From Oscillospiraceae bacterium (lineage in GTDB: Bacteria > Bacillota > Clostridia > Oscillospirales > Oscillospiraceae), in contig JAFRDL010000050.1 of the NCBI GenBank assembly GCA_017411265.1, forward strand, positions 306 to 64,305: a stretch of DNA of 64,000 nt, given 5' to 3'. How positions within the stretch are numbered: position 1 is the first letter of the stretch; every line of letters starts with the position of its first letter. A program made the position numbers and the translations under genes. Shown here one piece after another: positions 50,495 through 58,908 of this stretch. The notes under the pieces were generated by a model that worked only from the letters and a program-made list of their open reading frames with translations, did no database searches and was not told the DNA's origin.

Positions 50495-51199
50495 GTGAGA
50501 CTGCAAAAGTATATCGCCGGCTGCGGATATTGCTCCCGCCGGAAGGCGGAGGAGCTCCTGCTCTCCGGCCGCGTCACCGTAAACGGTGTCAAGGCCTCCC
50601 TGGGCGACGGGATGGAGGAGGGAGACGTTGTCTGCGTGGACGGCGAGCCTCTCTCCCAGCCCACGGAGCGTACATATGTGATGCTCCACAAGCCAAAGGG
50701 GTATGTGACGACCCTCTCGGACGAAAAGGGGCGCCCCACCGTAGCGGAGCTGACGGCGGATGCCGGGGTCCGGCTGTTTCCTGTGGGAAGACTGGATCTG
50801 AACTCCGAAGGCCTGCTGATCCTTACGGACGACGGGGAGATCGCCAACCGTCTGGCCCATCCGTCCCACGGAGTGGAGAAGACCTACCGCGTGTGGGTAA
50901 AGGGGGAGAACGCGGCCGGTGCGGCGGAGCGGCTTCGCGGCCCGATGGAATACCGGGGCGTATCCTACCGGGGCGCCAAGGTTTCCCTCCTGCGATCGGA
51001 TGAAAACAGCGCCGTGATGGACGTAACGATCGGCGAGGGGAAGAACCGGGAAGTGCGGAATATGTGCGCCGCCGCGGGGCTGCGTGTGAAGCGGCTGCTC
51101 CGGCTGCAGCAGGGCGAGCTGAAACTGGGGGACCTTCCGCCGGGACAATGGAGGTACCTCACCGACGGTGAGATCCTGTATCTGCACAAAATCCTGTAA
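50495..51199 (+). CDS. Pseudouridine synthase, RsuA/RluB family
   Basis: GTG 50495 after GGAGG. S4 domain RLQKYIAGCGYCSRRKAEELLLSGRVTVNG and catalytic Asp motif GRLDLNSEGLLILTDDG. Confidence 0.85.
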   Translation: MRLQKYIAGCGYCSRRKAEELLLSGRVTVNGVKASLGDGMEEGDVVCVDGEPLSQPTERTYVMLHKPKGYVTTLSDEKGRPTVAELTADAGVRLFPVGRLDLNSEGLLILTDDGEIANRLAHPSHGVEKTYRVWVKGENAAGAAERLRGPMEYRGVSYRGAKVSLLRSDENSAVMDVTIGEGKNREVRNMCAAAGLRVKRLLRLQQGELKLGDLPPGQWRYLTDGEILYLHKIL

Positions 51200-51245
51200 A
51201 TATTTCTTTTTTGCAAGAAAAACAGAGAAAAATTGCAAAACCGTC

Positions 51246-51274
51246 TTGCATTTGGCGGAAAAAAAGCATAGAAT
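51246..51274 (+). promoter_or_regulatory. Promoter of the rpiR-family gene, TTGCAT-17 nt-TAGAAT
   Basis: TTGCAT at 51246-51251, a 17-nt spacer, and TAGAAT at 51269-51274. Two further TTGCAA hexamers lie at 51211 and 51233. Confidence 0.65.
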
Positions 51275-51326
51275 AATCCTCCCGGGTCCTTTGGATCCCG
51301 GGGGATTTTGTTATGGGGGCAGGACG

Positions 51327-52190
51327 ATGGAAAGAGACATTCTGGCGCTGATGAATAAGGAGAGCCACAAATTCTCCAAGGGACAGCGCATGATCTGCCG
51401 ATATATCACGGAAAATTACGATAAAGCCGCCTTTATGACGGCGGGGAAGCTGGGGAAAACGGTGGGCGTTTCGGAGTCTACCGTCGTTCGTTTCGCATCC
51501 GAGCTTGGATATGACGGATATCCCGGCATGCGCCGCGCCATGCAGGAAATGATACGCAATCGGCTCACAGCGGTGCAGCGGATCGAGGTGGCGCGGGAAC
51601 AGATCGACCGGGGGAACCTGCTGGACGCGGTACTGTCCGCCGATATGGAAAAGCTGCGCACTACGCTGGAAGAGGTCAACAAGGAGGACTTCAACCGTGC
51701 GGTGGACGAGATCCTCAAGGCCAATACCATCTATATCGTGGGGATGCGTTCCTCCACGTCTCTGGCGAATTTCATGGGTTTCTATCTGAATCTGCTGCTG
51801 GATAACGTCCGTCTTGTGCATGATACTTCGGTGAGCGAGGTCTATGAGCAGGTGTTCCGCATCCATGAGGGGGACGTTTTCATCGGCATCAGCTATCCCC
51901 GGTAGTCCTCCCGGACCATCAAGGCCATGCAGTTTGCCAAATCCACGGGTGCTACAGCCATCGGCATCACCGACGGCCCGTCGTCCCCCTTCAACGGGGT
52001 GGCGGACATCAATCTGTACGCCAAGAGCGACATGGTTTCGTTCCTGGACTCCCTTGTGGCGCCCATGAGCCTGATCAACGCGCTGATCGTGGCCATCGGC
52101 ATCCAGCGCCCCGACAGCCTGTCCGAGACCTTCCGGCGGCTGGAGGGCATCTGGACCGATTACGACGTATACGAAAAACTGGATGACTGA
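51327..52190 (+). pseudogene. RpiR/MurR-family transcriptional regulator (HTH_6 plus SIS) interrupted by an in-frame TAG at 51903-51905
   Basis: Track ORFs 51168..51905 and 51927..52190 are in the same frame. The N-terminal part has AGKLGKTVGVSESTVVRFASELGYDGYPGMRRAM. The SIS domain IYIVGMRSS...VFIGISYPR-TAG-SSRTIKAMQFAKSTGATAIGITDGPSSP... continues straight across the stop. The total is 287 codons, typical for the family. Confidence 0.85.
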
Positions 52191-53412
52191 CGTGATCGTT
52201 GCCGGCGGAGGCGCCGCCGGACTGATGACGGCCCTTACCGCTGCCTGGCGGGGTCTGTCCGTTCTGGTGCTCGAGCCGAACGGCCGGACGGGGAAAAAGC
52301 TGCGTATCACGGGAAAGGGCCGCTGCAATGTGACCAACGACTGCGAGCCGCAGGAGTTTCTCAACAGCGTCCGCTCCAATCCCCGCTTTTTAAAGAGCGC
52401 TCTCTACGCCTTCCCCCCCTCGGCGGCCAAGGAATTCTTTGAGGAGCTGGGCGTACCGCTGAAGACCGAGAGGGGAGAGCGGGTATTCCCGGTCTCCGAC
52501 AACGCCAACGACGTGGCCGACGCCCTGGAACGGGCGTGCCGTCAGGCCGGGGTCCGCTTCTGCAAAGAACGCCTGACCGGGATCGAGACCCGGGACGGGC
52601 GGGTTTCCGGCGCCGCCACGGACCGGGGGGAATATCTGTGTCGGGCCGTGGTCCTGTGTACCGGCGGAGTGTCCTATCCCGGCACCGGGTCCACCGGAGA
52701 CGGGTACGCGCTGGCAGAAGCATTGGGACACCGCATCGTGCCCCTCCGGGCCTCTCTGGTGCCGCTGGAGGCGGAGGAGGACTGTGCCCGTATGCAGGGA
52801 CTCTCCCTGCGGAATGTGGGTCTTTCCCTGTACCACGGAGACAAGCTGCTTTACCGGGAGCAGGGGGAGATGCTCTTTACCCACTTCGGCGTATCCGGAC
52901 CGCTGGTCCTCAGTGCCAGCACGTACCTTTCCGGAGATGTCCGGGACTGCCGGCTGGAACTGGATCTCAAGCCCGGACTCACGCCCGAGAAGCTGGACGA
53001 GCGGCTGCTTCGGGATTTCGGGGAGAACATCAACAGGGATTTCGTCAACGCTCTGGATGCGCTGCTGCCCCAGAAAATGATCCCTGTGCTGATCGACCGT
53101 TCCGGGATCGATCCCAGATGCAAGGTGAATACCGTCACCCGGGAGCAGCGGCTGAGACTCCGGGATCGGATCAAGCGGTTTCCCATCCGTCTTTCCGGCA
53201 TTCGTCCGGTGGAGGAGGCCATCATCACCGCCGGCGGCGTGGATGTGGCGGAGGTAAAGCCCCGGACCATGGAATCAAAACGGGTCTCCGGTCTTTATTT
53301 CGCCGGGGAGATCCTGGATCTGGACGCCCGCACCGGCGGGTTCAATCTGCAGATCGCCTGGAGCACCGGCTATGCCGCCGGGCGATCCATCCCATTGGAG
53401 GACGAAATATGA
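52183..53412 (+). CDS. NAD(P)/FAD-dependent oxidoreductase, HI0933/YhiN (BaiN-like) family
   Basis: 409 aa. VIVAGGGAAGLMTA, ITGKGRCNVTN, GGVSYPGTGSTGDGY and GGFNLQIAWSTG. Confidence 0.85.
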   Translation: MTDVIVAGGGAAGLMTALTAAWRGLSVLVLEPNGRTGKKLRITGKGRCNVTNDCEPQEFLNSVRSNPRFLKSALYAFPPSAAKEFFEELGVPLKTERGERVFPVSDNANDVADALERACRQAGVRFCKERLTGIETRDGRVSGAATDRGEYLCRAVVLCTGGVSYPGTGSTGDGYALAEALGHRIVPLRASLVPLEAEEDCARMQGLSLRNVGLSLYHGDKLLYREQGEMLFTHFGVSGPLVLSASTYLSGDVRDCRLELDLKPGLTPEKLDERLLRDFGENINRDFVNALDALLPQKMIPVLIDRSGIDPRCKVNTVTREQRLRLRDRIKRFPIRLSGIRPVEEAIITAGGVDVAEVKPRTMESKRVSGLYFAGEILDLDARTGGFNLQIAWSTGYAAGRSIPLEDEI

Positions 53413-54089
53413 ACAAAGTCTATTCCGTTGCCATCGACGGCCCCTCCGGGGCGGGAAAAAGCTCCGTGGCCCGTGCCGCCGCCCAAAAGCTGGGCTTTCT
53501 GTATGTGGACACCGGGGCCATTTACCGCACGGTGGGTCTGGCGGCTTTCCGCCGCGGGATCGGCTCCCGGGACCGGGACGCCGTGGTGTCCATGCTGCCG
53601 GAGCTGGATATCCAGCTCCGTTACGGGGACGACGGACTGCAGCATATGTTCCTGGACGGAGACGACGTCTCCGCCGAAATCCGTCTGCCGGAAATCTCCA
53701 TCTACGCCTCGGACGTTTCCGCTTACCCGGAGGTCCGCGCCTATCTCATGGAGATGCAGCGATCCCTGGCCAGGACCAACAGCGTGATCATGGACGGGCG
53801 GGATATCGGCACCGTGGTGCTGCCGGACGCCGGTCTGAAGATCTTCCTCACCGCCTCTCCGGAGGCCAGAGCGCAGCGCCGGCTCCTGGAGCTGGAGAAA
53901 AAAGGGCAGAGCGTGACCTTCGAGGAGGTCCTGCGGGACATCCAGTACAGGGACAAAAACGACAGTGAGCGGGATGCGGCGCCGCTGAAGCAGGCGGAGG
54001 ACGCCGTTCTGGTGGATACCACCGAGATCGATTTTGACGCCAGCTGCGCGGTGGTGGAAAAGCTCATCCGGGAGCGGTTCGGGTTATGA
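53409..54089 (+). CDS. cmk: Cytidylate kinase
   Basis: ATG 53409 (ATGA overlap). P-loop VAIDGPSGAGKSSVA, YVDTGAIYR and MDGRDIGTVV. The 5' part of track ORF 52536.. lies in another gene. Confidence 0.95.
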   Translation: MNKVYSVAIDGPSGAGKSSVARAAAQKLGFLYVDTGAIYRTVGLAAFRRGIGSRDRDAVVSMLPELDIQLRYGDDGLQHMFLDGDDVSAEIRLPEISIYASDVSAYPEVRAYLMEMQRSLARTNSVIMDGRDIGTVVLPDAGLKIFLTASPEARAQRRLLELEKKGQSVTFEEVLRDIQYRDKNDSERDAAPLKQAEDAVLVDTTEIDFDASCAVVEKLIRERFGL

Positions 54090-54664
54090 GTAAGGAACGT
54101 TGGTATGATCTGGTCTATGTGCTCTGTCGTCCGCTTGCCTGGCTGTTCTTTCCCCACACGTACTTCGGGCGGGAGAATGTGCCGGAGGGGGCGTGCATCA
54201 TCTGCGCCAACCACTCCAATGCATCGGACCCGATCCTGATTTCCCTGGCCCTGGGGAGGAAACACTACGTCCGGCATCTGGCGAAGGCGGAGGCGAAAAA
54301 AAACCGTCTTCTCAAATGGATCATGGATAAGTGCGGCTCCATTTTCATCCGCCGGGGCGAGAGCGACATCGACGCCTTCAAGCAGTGCATGCGAACCCTG
54401 AAGGCAGGGGAGAAGCTGATGATCTTTCCGGAGGGGACGCGTGTCCACGGAAACGACACGGTCCCGCCGAAAAGCGGCGCGATCCGTCTGGCCGCCAAGC
54501 TCCACGTCCCTGTTCTCCCGGTGTTCATCACCCGGGATAAAAAAATCTTCCGCCACATGGACGTGGTGATCGGGGAACCCTATTATGTGGAAGCCTCCAC
54601 CCACGCAGATTACGACGCCCTTGCCCGGGACTGTATGGACCGGATCTGGGCGCTGAAGAGGTAA
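54086..54664 (+). CDS. plsC: 1-acyl-sn-glycerol-3-phosphate acyltransferase
   Basis: 192 aa. HxxxxD box NHSNASD and the FPEGTR box. Confidence 0.88.
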   Translation: MSKERWYDLVYVLCRPLAWLFFPHTYFGRENVPEGACIICANHSNASDPILISLALGRKHYVRHLAKAEAKKNRLLKWIMDKCGSIFIRRGESDIDAFKQCMRTLKAGEKLMIFPEGTRVHGNDTVPPKSGAIRLAAKLHVPVLPVFITRDKKIFRHMDVVIGEPYYVEASTHADYDALARDCMDRIWALKR

Positions 54665-54667
54665 GGT

Positions 54668-56815
54668 ATGGGAAAGTATATCCTGGCGCGCAGCGCGGGC
54701 TTCTGCTTCGGTGTGGAGCGCTCCATGAAGATGGCTCAATCGGCGCTGGAGGAAGGCCCCTGCTATTGCCTGGGAGAGTTGATCCATAATCGGGACGCGG
54801 TTTCGGAGCTGGAGCAGGCCGGGCTGCGGACCATTGAGGATCCGGCGGAGCTTCCGGAGGGGGAGCGGGTGCTCATCCGCGCCCACGGCATCGGGGAGAG
54901 CGTCTACGCGGATCTGGAAAAACGATCCGCCCGGGTCATCGACGCCACCTGTCCTCTGGTCCGGCGGATCCACCGGATCGTGAGAAAAGCTTCCTCGGAG
55001 GGGCGGCAGGTAGTGGTGATCGGCGACAGTGACCACCCGGAGATTCGGGGGATTTGCGGGTGGTGCCGGAATGCGGTCGTTCTGCCGGATGCGGCTGCAT
55101 TTGAAAAATGGCTGGTTGATCATCCGGAATCGGAGGAAAAACCGATTTCTGTTGTTTTTCAGACCACCCAAATCCGTGATAATCTGGTACAAATCGAAAA
55201 AATCTTAAAAAAACTATGTACAAAAGCCGAAATCTTTGATACTATATGCGGTGCAACGTCTGAACGCCAGGGCGAAGCGACCCGTTTATCGGAGCTTTGT
55301 GACGCCATGGTGGTGATCGGCGGAGCGCACAGCGCCAACAGTCTGCACCTGGCGGAGTTATGCCGAAAACGGTGCGGAAAGGTACAGTTTGTCCCATCGG
55401 CTGACGCGGTGGATGCGGACTCTCTGCGCGGCGCTGCTTTGATCGGTATCACCGCCGGCGCTTCGGTGCCGTCGAGGATCATAAAGGAGGTAGTAAATAA
55501 AATGTGTGACGAGATGAAACTCGAAGAGACCGTCGTGGAGGAAACCGCCGCGCCGGTGGCCGAGGAGGCCGCCCCTGCTGAAGTCGAGGCCGCAGCCCCT
55601 GTCGTTGAGGAAACCGCTGCGAAGCCCGATGCCGAGAAATCGTTTGATGAGTTGCTGGAGGATTCCATCCGGACGATATATAACGGGGACACCGTCTCCG
55701 GTTACGTTGTCAGCATCACTCCCACGGAAGTCACCGTTGACCTGGGCACCAAGCATTCCGGCTACATCCCCGTGACCGAGTTCACCGAGGACGGTGCGGT
55801 CAAGGTGGAAGATGTGGTGCACGTGGGTGACAGGATCGAGGCCTGTGTGGTCCGCGTGAACGATGTGGAGGGCACTGTCATGCTCTCCAAAAAGCGGCTC
55901 GATTCCATTAAGTCCTGGTCTGACGTGGAGAACGCCCAGGCCGACGGCACCGTGGTGGAAGGCAAGGTCACCGAGGAGAACAAGGGCGGCGTCGTGGTGA
56001 ATATCCGCGGCATCCGCGTGTTCGTGCCCGCTTCCCAGACCGGTCTGCCCCGGGACGCCGCCATGAGCGAGCTGGTCGGCCAGACGGTCCGTCTGAAGAT
56101 CACCGAGGTCAATCGCGGCCGCAAGCGCGTGGTGGGTTCCATCCGCGCCGTTGCCAACCGGGAGCGCAAGGAGCGCGCCGAGAAGATCTGGAACGAGATC
56201 GAGGTCGGCAAGCATTACGAGGGCGTTGTGAAGTCCATGACCTCCTACGGCGCTTTTGTGGACATCGGTGGCATCGACGGCATGGTCCATGTCTCCGAGC
56301 TCAGCTGGAACCGGGTCAGCAAACCTGCGGACGTGCTGAACATCGGCGACAAGATCGACGTCTATGTGCTTGGCTTTGACAAGGAGAACCACAAGATCTC
56401 TCTGGGCCACCGCAACCCCGACGAGAACCCCTGGAAGGTGTTCACCGACACCTATTCTGTGGGCGACGTCGCCAAGGTGAAGATCGTCAAGCTGATGCCC
56501 TTCGGCGCCTTTGCCGAGGTCCTGCCCGGCACCGACGGCCTGATCCACATCTCCCAGATCGCCAACCGCCGGATCGGCCAGCCCTCCGAGGTCCTGAGTG
56601 TGGGCGACGTTGTTGACGCGAAGATCACCAACATCGACAACGAGAAGCAGAAGATCTCCCTCTCCATCCGCGCTCTCAGCGAGCCGGCTCCCGCTCCCCG
56701 CCGCGAGGCGGAGGAGGAGGCCGAGGCGGCTGTCGAAGAGCCGCAGGCTGACGCGCTGGTGTTCTCTGTGGACGCCGACGGTGTCACCGCCGGGGAAGCT
56801 CCCGCCGAGGAGTAA
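54668..56815 (+). CDS. ispH: Bifunctional 4-hydroxy-3-methylbut-2-enyl diphosphate reductase (IspH/LytB) fused to ribosomal protein S1 repeats
   Basis: 715 aa. The LytB part has [18 protein letters not shown] and [11 protein letters not shown] (three Fe-S Cys). Then come an acidic linker and four S1 (OB) repeats (e.g. [73 protein letters not shown]). This fusion is known in Clostridia. Confidence 0.93.
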   Translation: MGKYILARSAGFCFGVERSMKMAQSALEEGPCYCLGELIHNRDAVSELEQAGLRTIEDPAELPEGERVLIRAHGIGESVYADLEKRSARVIDATCPLVRRIHRIVRKASSEGRQVVVIGDSDHPEIRGICGWCRNAVVLPDAAAFEKWLVDHPESEEKPISVVFQTTQIRDNLVQIEKILKKLCTKAEIFDTICGATSERQGEATRLSELCDAMVVIGGAHSANSLHLAELCRKRCGKVQFVPSADAVDADSLRGAALIGITAGASVPSRIIKEVVNKMCDEMKLEETVVEETAAPVAEEAAPAEVEAAAPVVEETAAKPDAEKSFDELLEDSIRTIYNGDTVSGYVVSITPTEVTVDLGTKHSGYIPVTEFTEDGAVKVEDVVHVGDRIEACVVRVNDVEGTVMLSKKRLDSIKSWSDVENAQADGTVVEGKVTEENKGGVVVNIRGIRVFVPASQTGLPRDAAMSELVGQTVRLKITEVNRGRKRVVGSIRAVANRERKERAEKIWNEIEVGKHYEGVVKSMTSYGAFVDIGGIDGMVHVSELSWNRVSKPADVLNIGDKIDVYVLGFDKENHKISLGHRNPDENPWKVFTDTYSVGDVAKVKIVKLMPFGAFAEVLPGTDGLIHISQIANRRIGQPSEVLSVGDVVDAKITNIDNEKQKISLSIRALSEPAPAPRREAEEEAEAAVEEPQADALVFSVDADGVTAGEAPAEE

Positions 56816-56833
56816 TCCCATCGGATTGTGTCA

Positions 56834-56880
56834 TTTCAGGGACGGCTCTTTTCGAAAGAGCCGTCCCTGAAAATATTTTC
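56834..56880 (+). terminator. Strong Rho-independent terminator after ispH-rpsA
   Basis: TTTCAGGGACGGCTCTTT-TCG-AAAGAGCCGTCCCTGAAA followed by ATATTTTCC. Confidence 0.85.
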
Positions 56881-56918
56881 CTTCCGATCCTCCGCCGATG
56901 TCCGGGAGATTCGGAAGG

Positions 56919-56957
56919 AAAAAAGCAACAGCCGCTCCGAAAGGAACGGCTGTTGCT
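56919..56957 (-). terminator. Terminator after tRNA-Gly
   Basis: On the minus strand: AGCAACAGCCG-(loop)-CGGCTGTTGCTTTTTT. Confidence 0.75.
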
Positions 56958-56960
56958 GTA

Positions 56961-57036
56961 TGGAGCGGGCAACGAGATTCGAACTCGCTACCTCCACCTT
57001 GGCAAGGTGGCGCTCTGCCAAATGAGCTATGCCCGC
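56961..57036 (-). tRNA. tRNA-Gly (anticodon GCC), CCA encoded
   Basis: The reverse complement is GCGGGCATAGCTCATTTGGCAGAGCGCCACCTTGCCAAGGTGGAGGTAGCGAGTTCGAATCTCGTTGCCCGCTCCA. It has a perfect 7-bp acceptor stem, anticodon loop TT-GCC-AA and T-loop TTCGAAT. Confidence 0.95.
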
Positions 57037-57053
57037 GTTCAGACGCAAGGTGC

Positions 57054-57081
57054 ATTATACCAAAATCTGTTTTTTTGTCAA
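57054..57081 (-). promoter_or_regulatory. tRNA-Gly promoter, TTGACA-16 nt-TGgTATAAT (minus strand)
   Basis: The reverse complement of 57076-57081 is TTGACA and of 57054-57059 is TATAAT, preceded by TGG. It ends about 17 nt upstream of the tRNA 5' end. Confidence 0.7.
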
Positions 57082-57099
57082 GAGGGAGAAGACCTGTTT

Positions 57100-57148
57100 T
57101 TTCAGAAAGAACCGCAGCCTGGCGCTTTTTGGTCCGGGCTGCGGTTCT
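57100..57148 (-). terminator. Hairpin terminator after the NYN-domain gene
   Basis: AGAACCGCAGCC-(17-nt loop)-GGCTGCGGTTCT begins 3 nt after the stop. On the minus strand it is followed by TTCTGAAAAAAC, a weak U-tail. Confidence 0.55.
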
Positions 57149-57150
57149 GA

Positions 57151-57966
57151 TCATGCCTCCACGTCGCGGATATAGATGGGCATGACGTTGGGATCTGCGG
57201 TGGGACGAACGATGACCTCGAACCGGGGCAGGGTGCGGAGCATGTTGCTCAGCTTTCCGAAGCCATAGTTCCGGGGATCGAAGGCCGGCTGCTTTTTGAT
57301 CAGCAGATTGCCCAGGTTGGAGAGGTCGGCGAAGCCTTCCTCGTCCGCGATATCCGCAATGGAATCCGCGATCAGCTGCTCGATCTCGTCGGGAACGAAT
57401 TTGTCGGGAAGCTGCTTGTCCGCAGCCCGGGGCGGCTTTTCCACGGCTGCCTTTGCGCTGTCGGTCTTCTTTGCGGTATCGGTCTTTTTCTTCGCCTTGG
57501 CCGGAGCCGCCACGTTTTTATACTTTCCCCGCAGGACTTCGATGTAGATGAATTTGTCGCAGGCGACGATAAAGGCATTGGGCGTCTTTTTTTCGCCCAT
57601 GCCGATCACATACTTTCCCGCTTCCCGGAGGCGGATGGCCAGCCGGGTAAAGTCCGAGTCGGAGGAAACGAGCACAAAGCCGTCGCACTGTCCGGCATAG
57701 AGGATGTCCATGGCGTCGATGATCATGGCGGAGTCGGTGGAGTTTTTCCCGGTGGTGTAGCCGTACTGCTGGATGGGCGTTACGGCATTCTCCAGCAATG
57801 ACTGTTTCCAGCCGCCGATGTTGGGGCTGGTCCAGTCGCCGTAGATCCGCTTGATGGTTGGGGTCCCGTATATGGCGATCTCCTCCATGGCGGCCTTCAG
57901 GCTGTCCCGGGGCACGTTGTCCGCGTCGATAAGAACCGCAAGGCGCAGGTTTTTTTGATCTGTCAA
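57151..57966 (-). CDS. NYN (LabA-like) domain protein with C-terminal OST-HTH/LOTUS domain
   Basis: 271 aa. NYN core LAVLIDADNV...IKRIYGDW...GKNSTDSAMIIDAMDILY...FVLVSSDSDFTRLAIRLREAGKYVIGMG, a Lys/Ala-rich linker, and a LOTUS-like tail IADIADEEGFADLSNLGNLLIKKQPAFDPRNYGFGKLSNMLRTLPRFEV. Confidence 0.85.
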   Translation of the reverse strand: MTDQKNLRLAVLIDADNVPRDSLKAAMEEIAIYGTPTIKRIYGDWTSPNIGGWKQSLLENAVTPIQQYGYTTGKNSTDSAMIIDAMDILYAGQCDGFVLVSSDSDFTRLAIRLREAGKYVIGMGEKKTPNAFIVACDKFIYIEVLRGKYKNVAAPAKAKKKTDTAKKTDSAKAAVEKPPRAADKQLPDKFVPDEIEQLIADSIADIADEEGFADLSNLGNLLIKKQPAFDPRNYGFGKLSNMLRTLPRFEVIVRPTADPNVMPIYIRDVEA

Positions 57967-58105
57967 GAATCAGCACCACACTTTCTTCTGGCAGTATATC
58001 ACATTCTTTTTCCAGGGACAATAGTCTGTGGACGGGGGAAAGGGCTGTTCAATCCGGAAAAAGTGTGATAAAATGCGCCATATTCCTGTGTGTGGAGGCG
58101 AAGGT

Positions 58106-58858
58106 ATGGAATACGTCCGGCGATACGGGATGGAGAGCATTCACAATCTGCGGGATCTGGGCGGGTACGCGGCCAGAGGCGGCGTCACCCGGTTCGGCGT
58201 GTTTTTCCGTTCGGATCTGCCCTGGTTCCTCACCGATGAAGACAAGAACAGGATCCGTGCGCTGGGTGTCGCCATCGACCTGGATCTCCGGGACGTGGAG
58301 GAGTCGGTCCCCATGCGGGACGAACTGCAGGACGTACCGGGCATCGAATACATCCAGATCCCCATGAAAAACGTCCGGAAGGCGGCAGTCCGGGATCGAC
58401 CGGACGGGCGTTCCGCCTTCGATCCGGAGTTTTTCTGGGGAGACGAATACATCCGTATGCTGGAGAGCAATCACGCCTGGGCAAAATACTGCGTGGAGCT
58501 TCTGGCCGGCGCCGACCGACCGGTGCTTTTCCACTGCTTTACCGGCAAGGACCGAACGGGGATCCTGGCGGCGCTGGCACTGGGCGGCTGCGGGGTATCG
58601 GACAAGGACATCGCCGCGGATTACAGTCTCAGTCAGATCTATCTGACGGACGTGTATTCCTGGATGCGGGAGAACATCGACGATTTCCGGGAAGCGGGGG
58701 AGAAGAGTCCCTTCTTTTCCACGGACGCGGCCAATATCCTGGCGCTGCTGACCCATATCCGCCGGGAATACGGCGGGATCGTGCCTTTTCTCCGGGAATG
58801 CGGCGTAGGCGGCGACACGCTGGAGGCGCTTTGTCAAAGACTGATAAAAAAGGCTTGA
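58106..58858 (+). CDS. Protein-tyrosine phosphatase (Y_phosphatase3-type, CX5R)
   Basis: ATG 58106 after GGAGG. NLRDLGGY and P-loop HCFTGKDRTG. An upstream extended -10, TGATAAAAT, lies at about 58067-58075. The track ORF start at 58028 lies upstream of that promoter. Confidence 0.85.
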   Translation: MEYVRRYGMESIHNLRDLGGYAARGGVTRFGVFFRSDLPWFLTDEDKNRIRALGVAIDLDLRDVEESVPMRDELQDVPGIEYIQIPMKNVRKAAVRDRPDGRSAFDPEFFWGDEYIRMLESNHAWAKYCVELLAGADRPVLFHCFTGKDRTGILAALALGGCGVSDKDIAADYSLSQIYLTDVYSWMRENIDDFREAGEKSPFFSTDAANILALLTHIRREYGGIVPFLRECGVGGDTLEALCQRLIKKA

Positions 58859-58908
58859 AACGCGGGGATGTTTGGAGTATAATCCCTTAGTCAGCCCTTG
58901 CGGAAAGG

